A DNA stretch of 64,000 nt from Thermoproteota archaeon. Lineage in GTDB: Archaea; Thermoproteota; Thermoprotei; Gearchaeales; Gearchaeaceae. Both the position numbers and the translations under genes were made by a program. The DNA lies in assembly GCA_032249235.1 (NCBI GenBank), contig JAVVGF010000001.1, positions 288,001 through 352,000 of the forward strand. Reading direction: 5' to 3'. Below the pieces are notes generated by a model, which saw only the letters and a list, made by a program, of their open reading frames with translations, was not told the origin of the DNA and did not search any database. This document shows, piece after piece, positions 41,876 through 50,597 of this stretch (within the stretch, counting starts at the first letter, position 1; each line of letters starts with the position of its first letter).

Positions 41876-42429
41876 CTAATTAAGATCCTTTTATCAGAAA
41901 CTATCATGTCCAATTTAACATCGTTTTCGCTAAAAGGTAGTTCTTTTATAATTTGAAAATCGTAAGCTATTCCTATCTTTAAACTTTGATGATTTTCTCT
42001 TAGAAACTTATCATATAAACCTAAACCATATCCAAGGCGATTAAAATTGAAGTCAAAGGCTACACCAGGAACAAGAATAATATCGATTTTTCCTTTGAAA
42101 ATTTCTTTGTTTTTAGGCACAGGTATTCCGAAATCATCCTTATCTAATTCTTCATCGTTTTTATACAAAACTGGATAGATTTTCTTCTCTTTTTTAACTG
42201 AACAGGGTAATAGTATTATCTTCTTCTCACTCATCTCTCTCAGAAAGTTGAATATATCTACTTCTTTTCTGATAGGATAATAACCCATAATCGATGTAGC
42301 TTTGTTTATTATTTCCAATTCTTTAAGTTTCCTAGAAATGGAATAGCTTGCATTAATTATTTCTTCTCTAGTTAGAGAAGATCTTATAAGCAGTAATTGC
42401 TTTCTTATTCTATCCTTTATCTCTTCCAT
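41872..42429 (-). CDS. 5-formyltetrahydrofolate cyclo-ligase
   Basis: IKDRIRK, EVD, FGIPVP, LVPGVAFD..NRLGYGLGLYD, DVKLDMIVSD. Confidence 0.9.
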   Translation of the reverse strand: MEEIKDRIRKQLLLIRSSLTREEIINASYSISRKLKELEIINKATSIMGYYPIRKEVDIFNFLREMSEKKIILLPCSVKKEKKIYPVLYKNDEELDKDDFGIPVPKNKEIFKGKIDIILVPGVAFDFNFNRLGYGLGLYDKFLRENHQSLKIGIAYDFQIIKELPFSENDVKLDMIVSDKRILIR

Positions 42430-42470
42430 TAATTATGATGTTTTTTATTAATTTTTTATAATTATTAAAG

Positions 42471-42929
42471 ATGGTTTGGATAATAGCGATCAAGCCAAAA
42501 GATAAATCAAATGACTGGAGGGCTATAAAGCTTGAGAATGAAGCTTTTGAACTACTAAATAAAAAAATGAATGCAAGATCTCTATTTTGTTATATTCTTG
42601 AAGGAAGAATTTCAAAAGAAGAAGCGAAGCGAATTGCAGAAGAATTCATCGTAGATCCTATTGTTGAAGATTATTATTTATTCGAATCTGAAGAAGAAAT
42701 TTATAAAGAGTTTGAAGGTCTTAAAATTTCAATTCATTATAAAAAAGGTTTCATAAATCCTGATGACGAAATAATTCAAAGAAGTTTGAGAATGATTTTA
42801 GGAGATAAAATCTCTAATCTTAAAACTTTTTTGACTTATCTTATAGAAGGAATAAACGAAGAAGAAGCAAAGCTTGTTGCCGAAAAAATATTAGCGAATA
42901 AGCTAATTCATGATGTAATAATAAAATGA
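42471..42929 (+). CDS. purS: PurS-like subunit, tandem two-domain form
   Basis: IAEEFIVDPIVEDY and VAEKILANKLIH PurS-like repeats; immediately upstream of purL. Confidence 0.7.
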   Translation: MVWIIAIKPKDKSNDWRAIKLENEAFELLNKKMNARSLFCYILEGRISKEEAKRIAEEFIVDPIVEDYYLFESEEEIYKEFEGLKISIHYKKGFINPDDEIIQRSLRMILGDKISNLKTFLTYLIEGINEEEAKLVAEKILANKLIHDVIIK

Positions 42930-45286
42930 TCGAATTTCAAAGATTCAATATTTCAAGCTATAATGATGATGAATTACTCAGACTAAATCAACTTCTCGAT
43001 TTAAATTTAAGTATAGAGGAACTTAAAGCAATAAGAAAATATTACGAAAAAGAAAATAGAGAAGCTACTGATCTAGAATTACATACTTTTTCTCAAGTAT
43101 GGTCTGAACATTGTTTTCATAAGACTTTCAAGTCGAAAATTATCCTGAATAATGAAATAATCGAAGGATTATTCAAAGAATACATTTTTAAAGCGTCTGA
43201 ATTGTTGAATAAAAATTGGTGTATTAATTTATTTTCCGACAACGCAGGAATTATCGAATTCGATGAACAATATGCGATTGCAGTAAAAGTTGAGACGCAT
43301 AATCATCCTACTGCTTTAGACCCATTTTGCGGTGCTCATACAGGAATGGGAGGAGTTTATAGGGATATACTTGGTGTCAGTGCTAGACCTATTGGAGCAA
43401 TGGATTATTTATTTTTCGCACCTATCGATTTACCATATAACTCAATTCCTTCAGGTATCTATCATCCCAAAATAGTTTTAAAAAGAGTAGTTGAAGCCAT
43501 CGCAGATTATGGAAATAAAGTTGGAATTCCTACAGTAAATGGTTCAATTCACTTTGATATCGGTTATTTGAGAAATCCTTTAGTATATGCAGGTTGCATC
43601 GGTATCCTACCTAAAAATAAATACGTAAAAAATCCTAAAGTTGGAGATTTAATAGTAATAATAGGAGGGAAAACTGGAAGAGATGGAATTCATGGTGCAT
43701 CATTTGCTTCAGCTTCATTAACTCTAGAAAGTGGAGAAATCTACTATTCTGCTGTTCAAATAGGAAATCCGATTGAAGAAAAGAAAATTATTGAAGCGAT
43801 TATGAGAGCTAGGGATGAATATGAGAAACCTCTTTATTCTTTAATTACCGATCTAGGGGGCGGAGGGTTAGCAGTAGCTTTATGCGAATCATTCAAAAAT
43901 CTTGGATTTAAAGTAGATCTAAGCAACGTGCAACTTAAGCATTTGAATATGCAACCATGGGAAATTTGGGTTTCAGAATCTCAAGAAAGGATGCTTTTAG
44001 CAATACCGAAAGAGAACTTAGAAAAATTTTTAGAAATATGTGATGAAGAAGGAGTAAACGTTAACGTTATAGGCGAAGTAACGAATGATAAGAAAGCTTT
44101 AATATTTTATCAAGAAATGTTGGTGGGAGAAATAGATTTGGATTTCCTCTTTAAAGGAATACCACTTAAAGTTTTGAAAGCTGAATTGCCTAAATATGAA
44201 GCTTCTGAAGAAGTAGAGTTGAAAGATAAAGATGATTATACTTCTGATTTAATTGAAATATTGTCCGATCCAAATATTGCTAGTAAAGAATGGATTATAA
44301 GGCAATATGACCATGAAGTTGGTGCGAGGACAATTTTGAAGCCTTTACAAGGTTTCAATTGCGATGGCCCTGGTGATGCTGCTGTATTAAAACCTTTATA
44401 TGATTCATGGAAAGGTGTTGTAATTTCTAACGGCGGAAACCCTAGATACTCTTCCGATGTATATAACATGGCTTTATCAGCTATAGATGAAGCAATAAGA
44501 AATAATGTTGCTGCTGGTGGAAGAAGGATAGCTCTTTTAGATAATTTCAGTTGGGGCGATCCAAATGATCCGAAAGAATTAGGAAAATTAGTTTTAGCTG
44601 CAAAAGCATGTTATGAAGGTGCAATTGCTTTCGATACTCCTTTCATATCGGGAAAAGATAGTTTGTATAATATTTACCAAGAAGAAGGAAAAACCTTTTC
44701 AATCCCTCCTACATTGGTCATTACTGCAGTAGGCATAATTCCAGATGTCAGGAAAGCTGTAACAACAGATTTCAAAAGGAGTGGAAATTACATCTATATT
44801 TTGGGCTTTACTTTTGATGAGCTCGGGGGTTCTGCATTTTATTATAACAAAGGAATAAAAAGTGGAAAAGTTCCAACTGTGTATCCTGAAAGAGCAAAAC
44901 AAATCTATGAAAGAGTAATTAAAGCAATCGATAGAGGTTTGATCAAAGCATGTCATGATTGCTCTGAGGGAGGACTAGCTGTCGCAATAGCTGAGATGTG
45001 CATAGGCGGAAATTGTGGTGCAGAAATACACTTAGAAAAAATTCCTACAAATCTTTCTAAAAGGTATAAAATTCTTTTTTCAGAAAGCAATTCGAGATTT
45101 CTTGTTGAAGTTGCACAAGGCTATGAAAAAGAATTCGACCATGTAATGAGAGGTATAACTTATGCTAAAATAGGTTATGTTACAAGCGAAAAAACGCTAA
45201 AAATAAAACATGAAAAGTCAACAATTGTAGAGGCATCATTAAATGACATGGTTAGAGCGTGGAAAAATCCATTAAGTTTACCATGA
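42926..45286 (+). CDS. purL: Phosphoribosylformylglycinamidine synthase subunit PurL
   Basis: WSEHCFHK, KVETHNHPT, TGRDGIHGA, DLGGGG, SESQERM, QYDHEV, GKDSLYN, HDCSEGG. Confidence 0.96.
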   Translation: MIEFQRFNISSYNDDELLRLNQLLDLNLSIEELKAIRKYYEKENREATDLELHTFSQVWSEHCFHKTFKSKIILNNEIIEGLFKEYIFKASELLNKNWCINLFSDNAGIIEFDEQYAIAVKVETHNHPTALDPFCGAHTGMGGVYRDILGVSARPIGAMDYLFFAPIDLPYNSIPSGIYHPKIVLKRVVEAIADYGNKVGIPTVNGSIHFDIGYLRNPLVYAGCIGILPKNKYVKNPKVGDLIVIIGGKTGRDGIHGASFASASLTLESGEIYYSAVQIGNPIEEKKIIEAIMRARDEYEKPLYSLITDLGGGGLAVALCESFKNLGFKVDLSNVQLKHLNMQPWEIWVSESQERMLLAIPKENLEKFLEICDEEGVNVNVIGEVTNDKKALIFYQEMLVGEIDLDFLFKGIPLKVLKAELPKYEASEEVELKDKDDYTSDLIEILSDPNIASKEWIIRQYDHEVGARTILKPLQGFNCDGPGDAAVLKPLYDSWKGVVISNGGNPRYSSDVYNMALSAIDEAIRNNVAAGGRRIALLDNFSWGDPNDPKELGKLVLAAKACYEGAIAFDTPFISGKDSLYNIYQEEGKTFSIPPTLVITAVGIIPDVRKAVTTDFKRSGNYIYILGFTFDELGGSAFYYNKGIKSGKVPTVYPERAKQIYERVIKAIDRGLIKACHDCSEGGLAVAIAEMCIGGNCGAEIHLEKIPTNLSKRYKILFSESNSRFLVEVAQGYEKEFDHVMRGITYAKIGYVTSEKTLKIKHEKSTIVEASLNDMVRAWKNPLSLP

Positions 45287-46056
45287 AGGTAAAATCATTA
45301 GTAATAAGGTCTGAGGGTACGAATTGTGATTTAGAAACTGTAGAAGCTCTTAGACTTGCAGGTTCTCAAGTAGATCTCCTTCACATCAATAGAATAATTA
45401 AAAAACCAGGTTTGTTGGAAGAATATCAATTGCTAGTTTTTCCAGGAGGTTTTTCTTTTGGTGATTGTATAAGCGCAGGCAAAATATTATCTAACATTTT
45501 AAAAACTGCTTTAAAGAAAGAATTGAAGAAATTTATAGATGAAGGTAAGCCTGTGCTTGGAATTTGCAATGGTTTTCAAACTTTACTTAAGCTAGGGGCA
45601 TTACCTTTTTCTGATGAATTTGAGCAATGTGCTTCTTTAGTGACGAATTCAAACGGGCTTTTTATCGATAAATGGGTTTATTTAAAATTCAACAGATCTA
45701 AGTGCATTTTTACAAAAGATTCTCCAAATGTAATTTACCTGCCAATTAATCATAAAGAAGGGAGATTTGTGATCGAGGAAAAATTTTTGAAGAAACTGGT
45801 AGATAACGAGCAAATCATTTATCAATATTCTTCGCAAAGCGGCGAGGTTAAAGAGGAATATAACCCTAATGGATCAACATTTAATATAGCCGCTATTTGT
45901 AATGAACATTATAATGTTCTAGGTATAATGCCGCATCCTGAAAAATACGTTCATAAATATCAACATCCTTCTTGGACTAGATATCCTAACTTGAAAGAAG
46001 AAGGAGAAGGGTTGTTAATTTTTAAAAACGCCTTGAATTACGCAAAAAAATTTTAG
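45283..46056 (+). CDS. purQ: FGAM synthase glutaminase subunit PurQ (ATG 45283, ATGA overlap with purL)
   Basis: GTNCD, PGGFSFGD, GICNGFQ, NPNGS, MPHPE. Confidence 0.95.
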   Translation: MKVKSLVIRSEGTNCDLETVEALRLAGSQVDLLHINRIIKKPGLLEEYQLLVFPGGFSFGDCISAGKILSNILKTALKKELKKFIDEGKPVLGICNGFQTLLKLGALPFSDEFEQCASLVTNSNGLFIDKWVYLKFNRSKCIFTKDSPNVIYLPINHKEGRFVIEEKFLKKLVDNEQIIYQYSSQSGEVKEEYNPNGSTFNIAAICNEHYNVLGIMPHPEKYVHKYQHPSWTRYPNLKEEGEGLLIFKNALNYAKKF

Positions 46057-46133
46057 TTCGCATAACCTAGGCTTTCATTTCGAGTAAAAAATCAAAAATT
46101 TTAAATAGCGGGATAAGATAAATTATTGCTTTC

Positions 46134-47369
46134 ATGTCGTCATTTAGGTTGGATGATTTAATTAGTAGATTATCTGAAAGAGCTTCGAGAATTTTTAAAA
46201 ATAGAGAAACCTTGAGACCTGATTATATTCCTGATGAACTCCCACATAGAGATAAAGAGATATACAAATTAGCTGAAATTTTATTCCATCCTTTGTTAAA
46301 AGGAGATAGACCTTCTAATGTATTCATCTACGGTTATCCAGGAACAGGCAAAACTGCTACAACAAAACATGTTTTCAAAGCTATAAAAGAAAAATTAGCT
46401 CCTAGACTTCAAGTTCCAGTTTATTGTCTTATTATAAATTGCAAAATCGACGATACTAATTATAGGATACTAAAGGAAATAAACGACTTCTTCAGTATAC
46501 CTACGCCTCATACAGGCTTATCACTAGCTGAGTTATATACCAGAATAGTTAAAGAGCTAAAGAGAAGGACAGGATTTTTCATACTTGCTTTAGATGAAAT
46601 AGATAATTTCGTGAAAAAAAGCGGTGATGAAATACTTTATAAATTAACTAGAATAAATTCTGAAGGAATCACAACAAAAGTATCCTTAGTGGGTATTACG
46701 AATGATCTTCATTTTAAAGAATATTTGGATCCAAGGGTTAAAAGTAGTCTAAGTGAAGAAGAACTAGTTTTCACACCATATACTGCAGATCAATTAAGAG
46801 ATATTTTGTATGCAAGGGCAAAAATCGCATTATATGAGGATAGCTATACAGATGGTGCCATAAATTTATGTGCTTCAATAGCAGCAAAAGAGCATGGAGA
46901 TGTTAGAAGAGCTCTAGATCTTTTAAGAGTGGCAGGAGAGTTGGCTGAGAGAAGGAATGATCCTAAAATAACTGAAGATCATGTAAAAGAAGCACTTAGA
47001 ATTATGGAGCGTGATAAGATTTGGGAAGTGGTGATTTCTTTACCTTTCCATTCAAAGCTTGTTTTATTGGTTATAGCTTATCTACAAGAAAGATTTCTAA
47101 GAGAATGTACCACGGGTGAAGTTTATGAAGAATATGTTAAAATATGCAGAGAAATTGGCCAAGAACCTCTAACTGCAAGAAGAGTTAGTGATATTATAAA
47201 TGAACTCGACATGGGTGGTCTAATAAAAGCAAACTTAACAAGTAAGGGTAGATATGGGAGAACTAAGTATATATCTTTGAGAATAGATAAGGATGAAACT
47301 TTCAGAGCTCTTAAAGAAGATGAAAGGCTTGAATTCATCATACAATCTATTAGTAGCTGGAATAGATGA
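46134..47369 (+). CDS. cdc6: Orc1/Cdc6 replication initiator
   Basis: LRPDYIPDELPHRD, GYPGTGKT, LDEID, LDPRVKSSL, HGDVRRALDLLR, C-terminal wHTH (GRYGRT). Confidence 0.95.
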   Translation: MSSFRLDDLISRLSERASRIFKNRETLRPDYIPDELPHRDKEIYKLAEILFHPLLKGDRPSNVFIYGYPGTGKTATTKHVFKAIKEKLAPRLQVPVYCLIINCKIDDTNYRILKEINDFFSIPTPHTGLSLAELYTRIVKELKRRTGFFILALDEIDNFVKKSGDEILYKLTRINSEGITTKVSLVGITNDLHFKEYLDPRVKSSLSEEELVFTPYTADQLRDILYARAKIALYEDSYTDGAINLCASIAAKEHGDVRRALDLLRVAGELAERRNDPKITEDHVKEALRIMERDKIWEVVISLPFHSKLVLLVIAYLQERFLRECTTGEVYEEYVKICREIGQEPLTARRVSDIINELDMGGLIKANLTSKGRYGRTKYISLRIDKDETFRALKEDERLEFIIQSISSWNR

Positions 47370-47907
47370 TGGAGGCTTCAAACCAGATTTTAAATATATA
47401 AAAGAAAAACCTTCTGTTCCCTTAATAGTTGTTTATTATAGAAATCATAGAATTATAGATTTGAAATTTTCTGCAATAAAAATAGATGGTTTGGATGCGA
47501 CCGAAAAATTAATTGAAATCCTTAAGCTTAAAAAACCTTCTGTCATCTTTTCAGCTGGCATCACAGTAGCTGGCTTTAATATTATAGATTTCATAAAGAT
47601 TTATGATACATTAAAAATTCCAACTATTGTTGTCTTAGATCATAAACCAAATCTAAAAAGAATTAAGGATGCAATTGCTAAACATTTGGATAATGCGGAA
47701 AAAAGGATTAGTATTATTATGAAGTATCCAAAATTTAAAAAATTCAAGAACCTTTATTATGAAAGTATTGGTATCGATGAAAAATTGGCATTGGAGCTAA
47801 TTAATTCTTTTAGAATTTTCAGTAAATATCCGGAGCCGCTTAGATTGGCTCATATGATAGCTAAATCATTGTATAAATACTCTTTAGAAAAGGAATCTCA
47901 TAACTGA
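47320..47907 (+). CDS. DUF99 family protein (endonuclease V-like / endonuclease dU)
   Basis: GIDDG, IDGLDAT, GITVAGFNIID, PEPLRLAHMIA. Start uncertain (47293/47320/47329); overlaps the cdc6 3' end. Confidence 0.85.
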   Translation: MKGLNSSYNLLVAGIDDGGFKPDFKYIKEKPSVPLIVVYYRNHRIIDLKFSAIKIDGLDATEKLIEILKLKKPSVIFSAGITVAGFNIIDFIKIYDTLKIPTIVVLDHKPNLKRIKDAIAKHLDNAEKRISIIMKYPKFKKFKNLYYESIGIDEKLALELINSFRIFSKYPEPLRLAHMIAKSLYKYSLEKESHN

Positions 47908-49290
47908 TAGATCCTTTAAATTTATCACATAGCATGAATGCCTAGGTTTTTCATCGTTTAGATAATTTATCCATGATGAATTAGAGATTAATAAACAACC
48001 ATGATAACTCGAATTACTATAAATGTCAAAATGACCACACAACATTAAATCAGGCCTTTCATCTATTATAAAAGGATCGTAACCTAAAGGAAGAAGTCCT
48101 TCAATTCTTACGTTGCTTATAAGACTCCTTCTTTTCATTACATCTTGCATAGTTTTAATCATAGCTTCTTCTAATTTTTCTAAATCAACCACATTTTCGT
48201 TGAATAGAGATTCAAAATAAAATCCATGCGTCATTAGTATTTTTCTTTCAGATATCTCAATATAAGAAGGATCTTTGAGCAGTATTAGATTCTTAAATTT
48301 AAATAAGGGTTCAGTAATTTCTTGATCGAATTCATTAAAAGGAATAGTCTGAATTAATTGGTCTCTTTCACCTGGAATAGCATAAATCGTTATATCTTGT
48401 CTTATATTACTCAATAATCCAGCAAGTTCCTCATATTGACTGTACATGTCATCAGTTATATTAAATTTGAATTTACTTTCAAAAGAAAATCCTTCAATTA
48501 AATCTCCTGTTATTAATAAATATTTTATTTTTGAAGAAATTTCTTTATATTCATCAAATTTATTATTTAAAAAGTCTATAAAATTTTTAAAAGCATCATA
48601 ATCAAATGTTTCATTGCCACATCTTATGTCAGATATACATGCAATATATATATCTTTTTCTATCTTTTTTTCTGTCGCATATTCTAAATCAGGTAGATAA
48701 ATTTTATTTACTCTTATATAATATCCTTTATCAGTTTTTATAAGTATACCATCTAATATTGCTACGTCATCTAATTTCATTTCTAAAGCTAACCGGTATG
48801 CTTCTTCTTTATACTTCGGTACTATAGCTCTAAAGCTTCCATAAGGATCTTCAAATTCTAGTAGCAACGCATCATACTTGGCGCTTTCCTTACTATACAA
48901 CATCCCAGCTATTGATATCTGTGATTTATCCAACATCTTATCGAGATCAGTAGAAGTTGTATTTGCTGTTTTGCGATGAACTTTTTCAATTATCTTTTTT
49001 AGTTTGTTAAATCTATCTTCAAGCATTAATTTATACCCCATTGTGATATCGCTTACTTCTTTTATTTCTCTTCTGTAAGTCTGTGAATTTTGTTCTTTTA
49101 AAGATAAGTCTTTTGAATATCTTTTTATTAACTCATTAACAGTTTCTTTAGTAATTAATTCATCTATATTTTTTATTTCATTTAATATTAAATCTATAAT
49201 TTCACTATCTTCTAAACTTTCTAAAATTTTTAATGCATCCTCTGTAATATAGATTTTCTCTTTATTTAAAAATTCTTTAATTTTACTCAT
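47884..49290 (-). CDS. DNA polymerase D small subunit (DP1) homolog with degenerate exonuclease motifs
   Basis: N-terminal helical domain, DRFNKLKKI, OB fold (AGM...LEFEDPYG), phosphoesterase fold with ISDIRCG/GDLIEG/PGERD/THG/CGHFD, DPFIIDERPD, LISNSSW. Confidence 0.82.
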   Translation of the reverse strand: MSKIKEFLNKEKIYITEDALKILESLEDSEIIDLILNEIKNIDELITKETVNELIKRYSKDLSLKEQNSQTYRREIKEVSDITMGYKLMLEDRFNKLKKIIEKVHRKTANTTSTDLDKMLDKSQISIAGMLYSKESAKYDALLLEFEDPYGSFRAIVPKYKEEAYRLALEMKLDDVAILDGILIKTDKGYYIRVNKIYLPDLEYATEKKIEKDIYIACISDIRCGNETFDYDAFKNFIDFLNNKFDEYKEISSKIKYLLITGDLIEGFSFESKFKFNITDDMYSQYEELAGLLSNIRQDITIYAIPGERDQLIQTIPFNEFDQEITEPLFKFKNLILLKDPSYIEISERKILMTHGFYFESLFNENVVDLEKLEEAMIKTMQDVMKRRSLISNVRIEGLLPLGYDPFIIDERPDLMLCGHFDIYSNSSYHGCLLISNSSWINYLNDEKPRHSCYVINLKDLSVMRFLF

Positions 49291-50230
49291 TTAAAGCAAG
49301 TGCTTTTAAAACTGTTATCCAAGCATTAGCTACGTTTTCAAAATTATAACCGCCTCCACCTAGAGCAAGTAGTCTACCTTTGCTTTTCTCATGTGAAAGT
49401 TTATGCAACAATTTCGTTACTTCTTTGTGCACGTTAGGAGTATAATTCAAATGTGTTAATGGATCTCCTCTCAAACCATCAGCGCCACATTGTAAAATGA
49501 TCAGTTCATAATTTTCATTGAGAATCATTTCTTCTGCTCTTTTAAGAGCTCTAAGAAATTCTTCATCTCCGCTATATGGCTTAAGAGGTATGTTTAACTT
49601 TTTGCCAAATCCTTCTCCTTTACCTCTTTCGTTTTCAAAACCTGTTCCTGGAAACAAAAATCTTCCATCTTCATGTATATCAACAAAGTATAGCTCGCCA
49701 TCTTCTTCATAAGAATAATAGACACCATCTCCATGATGAGCATCTATGTCAAAATAAAGAATTTTTTTAATACCATACTTTTTTCTTGCATACTCTATGC
49801 CAATACATATATCGTTGAAAACACAGAATCCTGAAGCTCTTTCTTTATATGCATGATGCAACCCTCCTGTTGGATTGAAAGCATGCTGAACTTTTCCTTG
49901 AAATATCGAATCTAAAGCTTCAAGGGTTGATCCTGCTGAATATGCAGATGCTTCATAAACGCCCGGATAAGCAGGCGTATCACCATAATCAAGATAGCCG
50001 CTACCAATTTTTGACAATCTTTTAACCAATTCTAAATACTCTTTTTCATGAAATAGTAAGATTTCTTCATCTGTCGCTCTTCTCGCACTCAGCTTTATTA
50101 CGATATTATTATCTAGCAATTCTTGTAATTTTTCTAAGAATATCTTATACCTATCTTCGTTCAAAGGATGAGGTTTAGGAAAATGATATCTTAAATTTTC
50201 TCCTAATACTACTCCTACTTTGCAATTCAT
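49283..50230 (-). CDS. Histone deacetylase / AcuC family deacetylase
   Basis: HP, GDTP, GGLHHA, SGFCVFND, DIDAHHGDG, FPGTG, QCGADG...DPL, GGGGY. Confidence 0.93.
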   Translation of the reverse strand: MNCKVGVVLGENLRYHFPKPHPLNEDRYKIFLEKLQELLDNNIVIKLSARRATDEEILLFHEKEYLELVKRLSKIGSGYLDYGDTPAYPGVYEASAYSAGSTLEALDSIFQGKVQHAFNPTGGLHHAYKERASGFCVFNDICIGIEYARKKYGIKKILYFDIDAHHGDGVYYSYEEDGELYFVDIHEDGRFLFPGTGFENERGKGEGFGKKLNIPLKPYSGDEEFLRALKRAEEMILNENYELIILQCGADGLRGDPLTHLNYTPNVHKEVTKLLHKLSHEKSKGRLLALGGGGYNFENVANAWITVLKALALNE

Positions 50231-50290
50231 CCCCTAATTTTAATCGATTAACGATTTTTAAATTAACATTATTAAATTATCGAGTTCAGT

Positions 50291-50310
50291 AGTAATACCT
50301 AAGTATTACT
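50291..50310. promoter_or_regulatory. Palindromic putative TF site AGTAATAC-CTAA-GTATTACT
   Basis: Inverted repeat (extends to 9 bp, 50290-50311) about 22 bp upstream of TATA CTTTATAA (50332), in the divergent HDAC / small-protein intergenic region. Same arms as the 31191 site. Confidence 0.65.
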
Positions 50311-50355
50311 ATAGAGCTTTGAAAGTAGTAGCTTTATAAAACACGTTTAGTATTC

Positions 50356-50562
50356 ATGATGGATTTCATATATCAGATTTTCAATTTATTCGTATTCGCT
50401 TCATTCATATTTATTGCTATACTTTTTGTGCTAATGGTAAGGAAACCTCTTGCTGTAATACCTTCATTTTTTACAGGAGTAGCTATTTATATTGCGACAT
50501 ATAATGGTCTCATTGCAGGTTTAGTAACTTTTCTTCTAGCAGTCCTGTTTCAAGTTAAGTAA
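50356..50562 (+). CDS. Small hydrophobic membrane protein (68 aa)
   Basis: Two or three hydrophobic segments; own TATA box. Confidence 0.65.
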   Translation: MMDFIYQIFNLFVFASFIFIAILFVLMVRKPLAVIPSFFTGVAIYIATYNGLIAGLVTFLLAVLFQVK

Positions 50563-50597
50563 TAAACATTTTATAGAGAATATCAATATTTTTAATA

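Noticed and set aside
46057-46133. Replication origin (ORB repeats) upstream of cdc6
   Set aside because: Only 77 bp of intergenic DNA, with no TTCCAxTGGAAA-type ORB/mini-ORB repeats, G-string or extended DUE recognisable.
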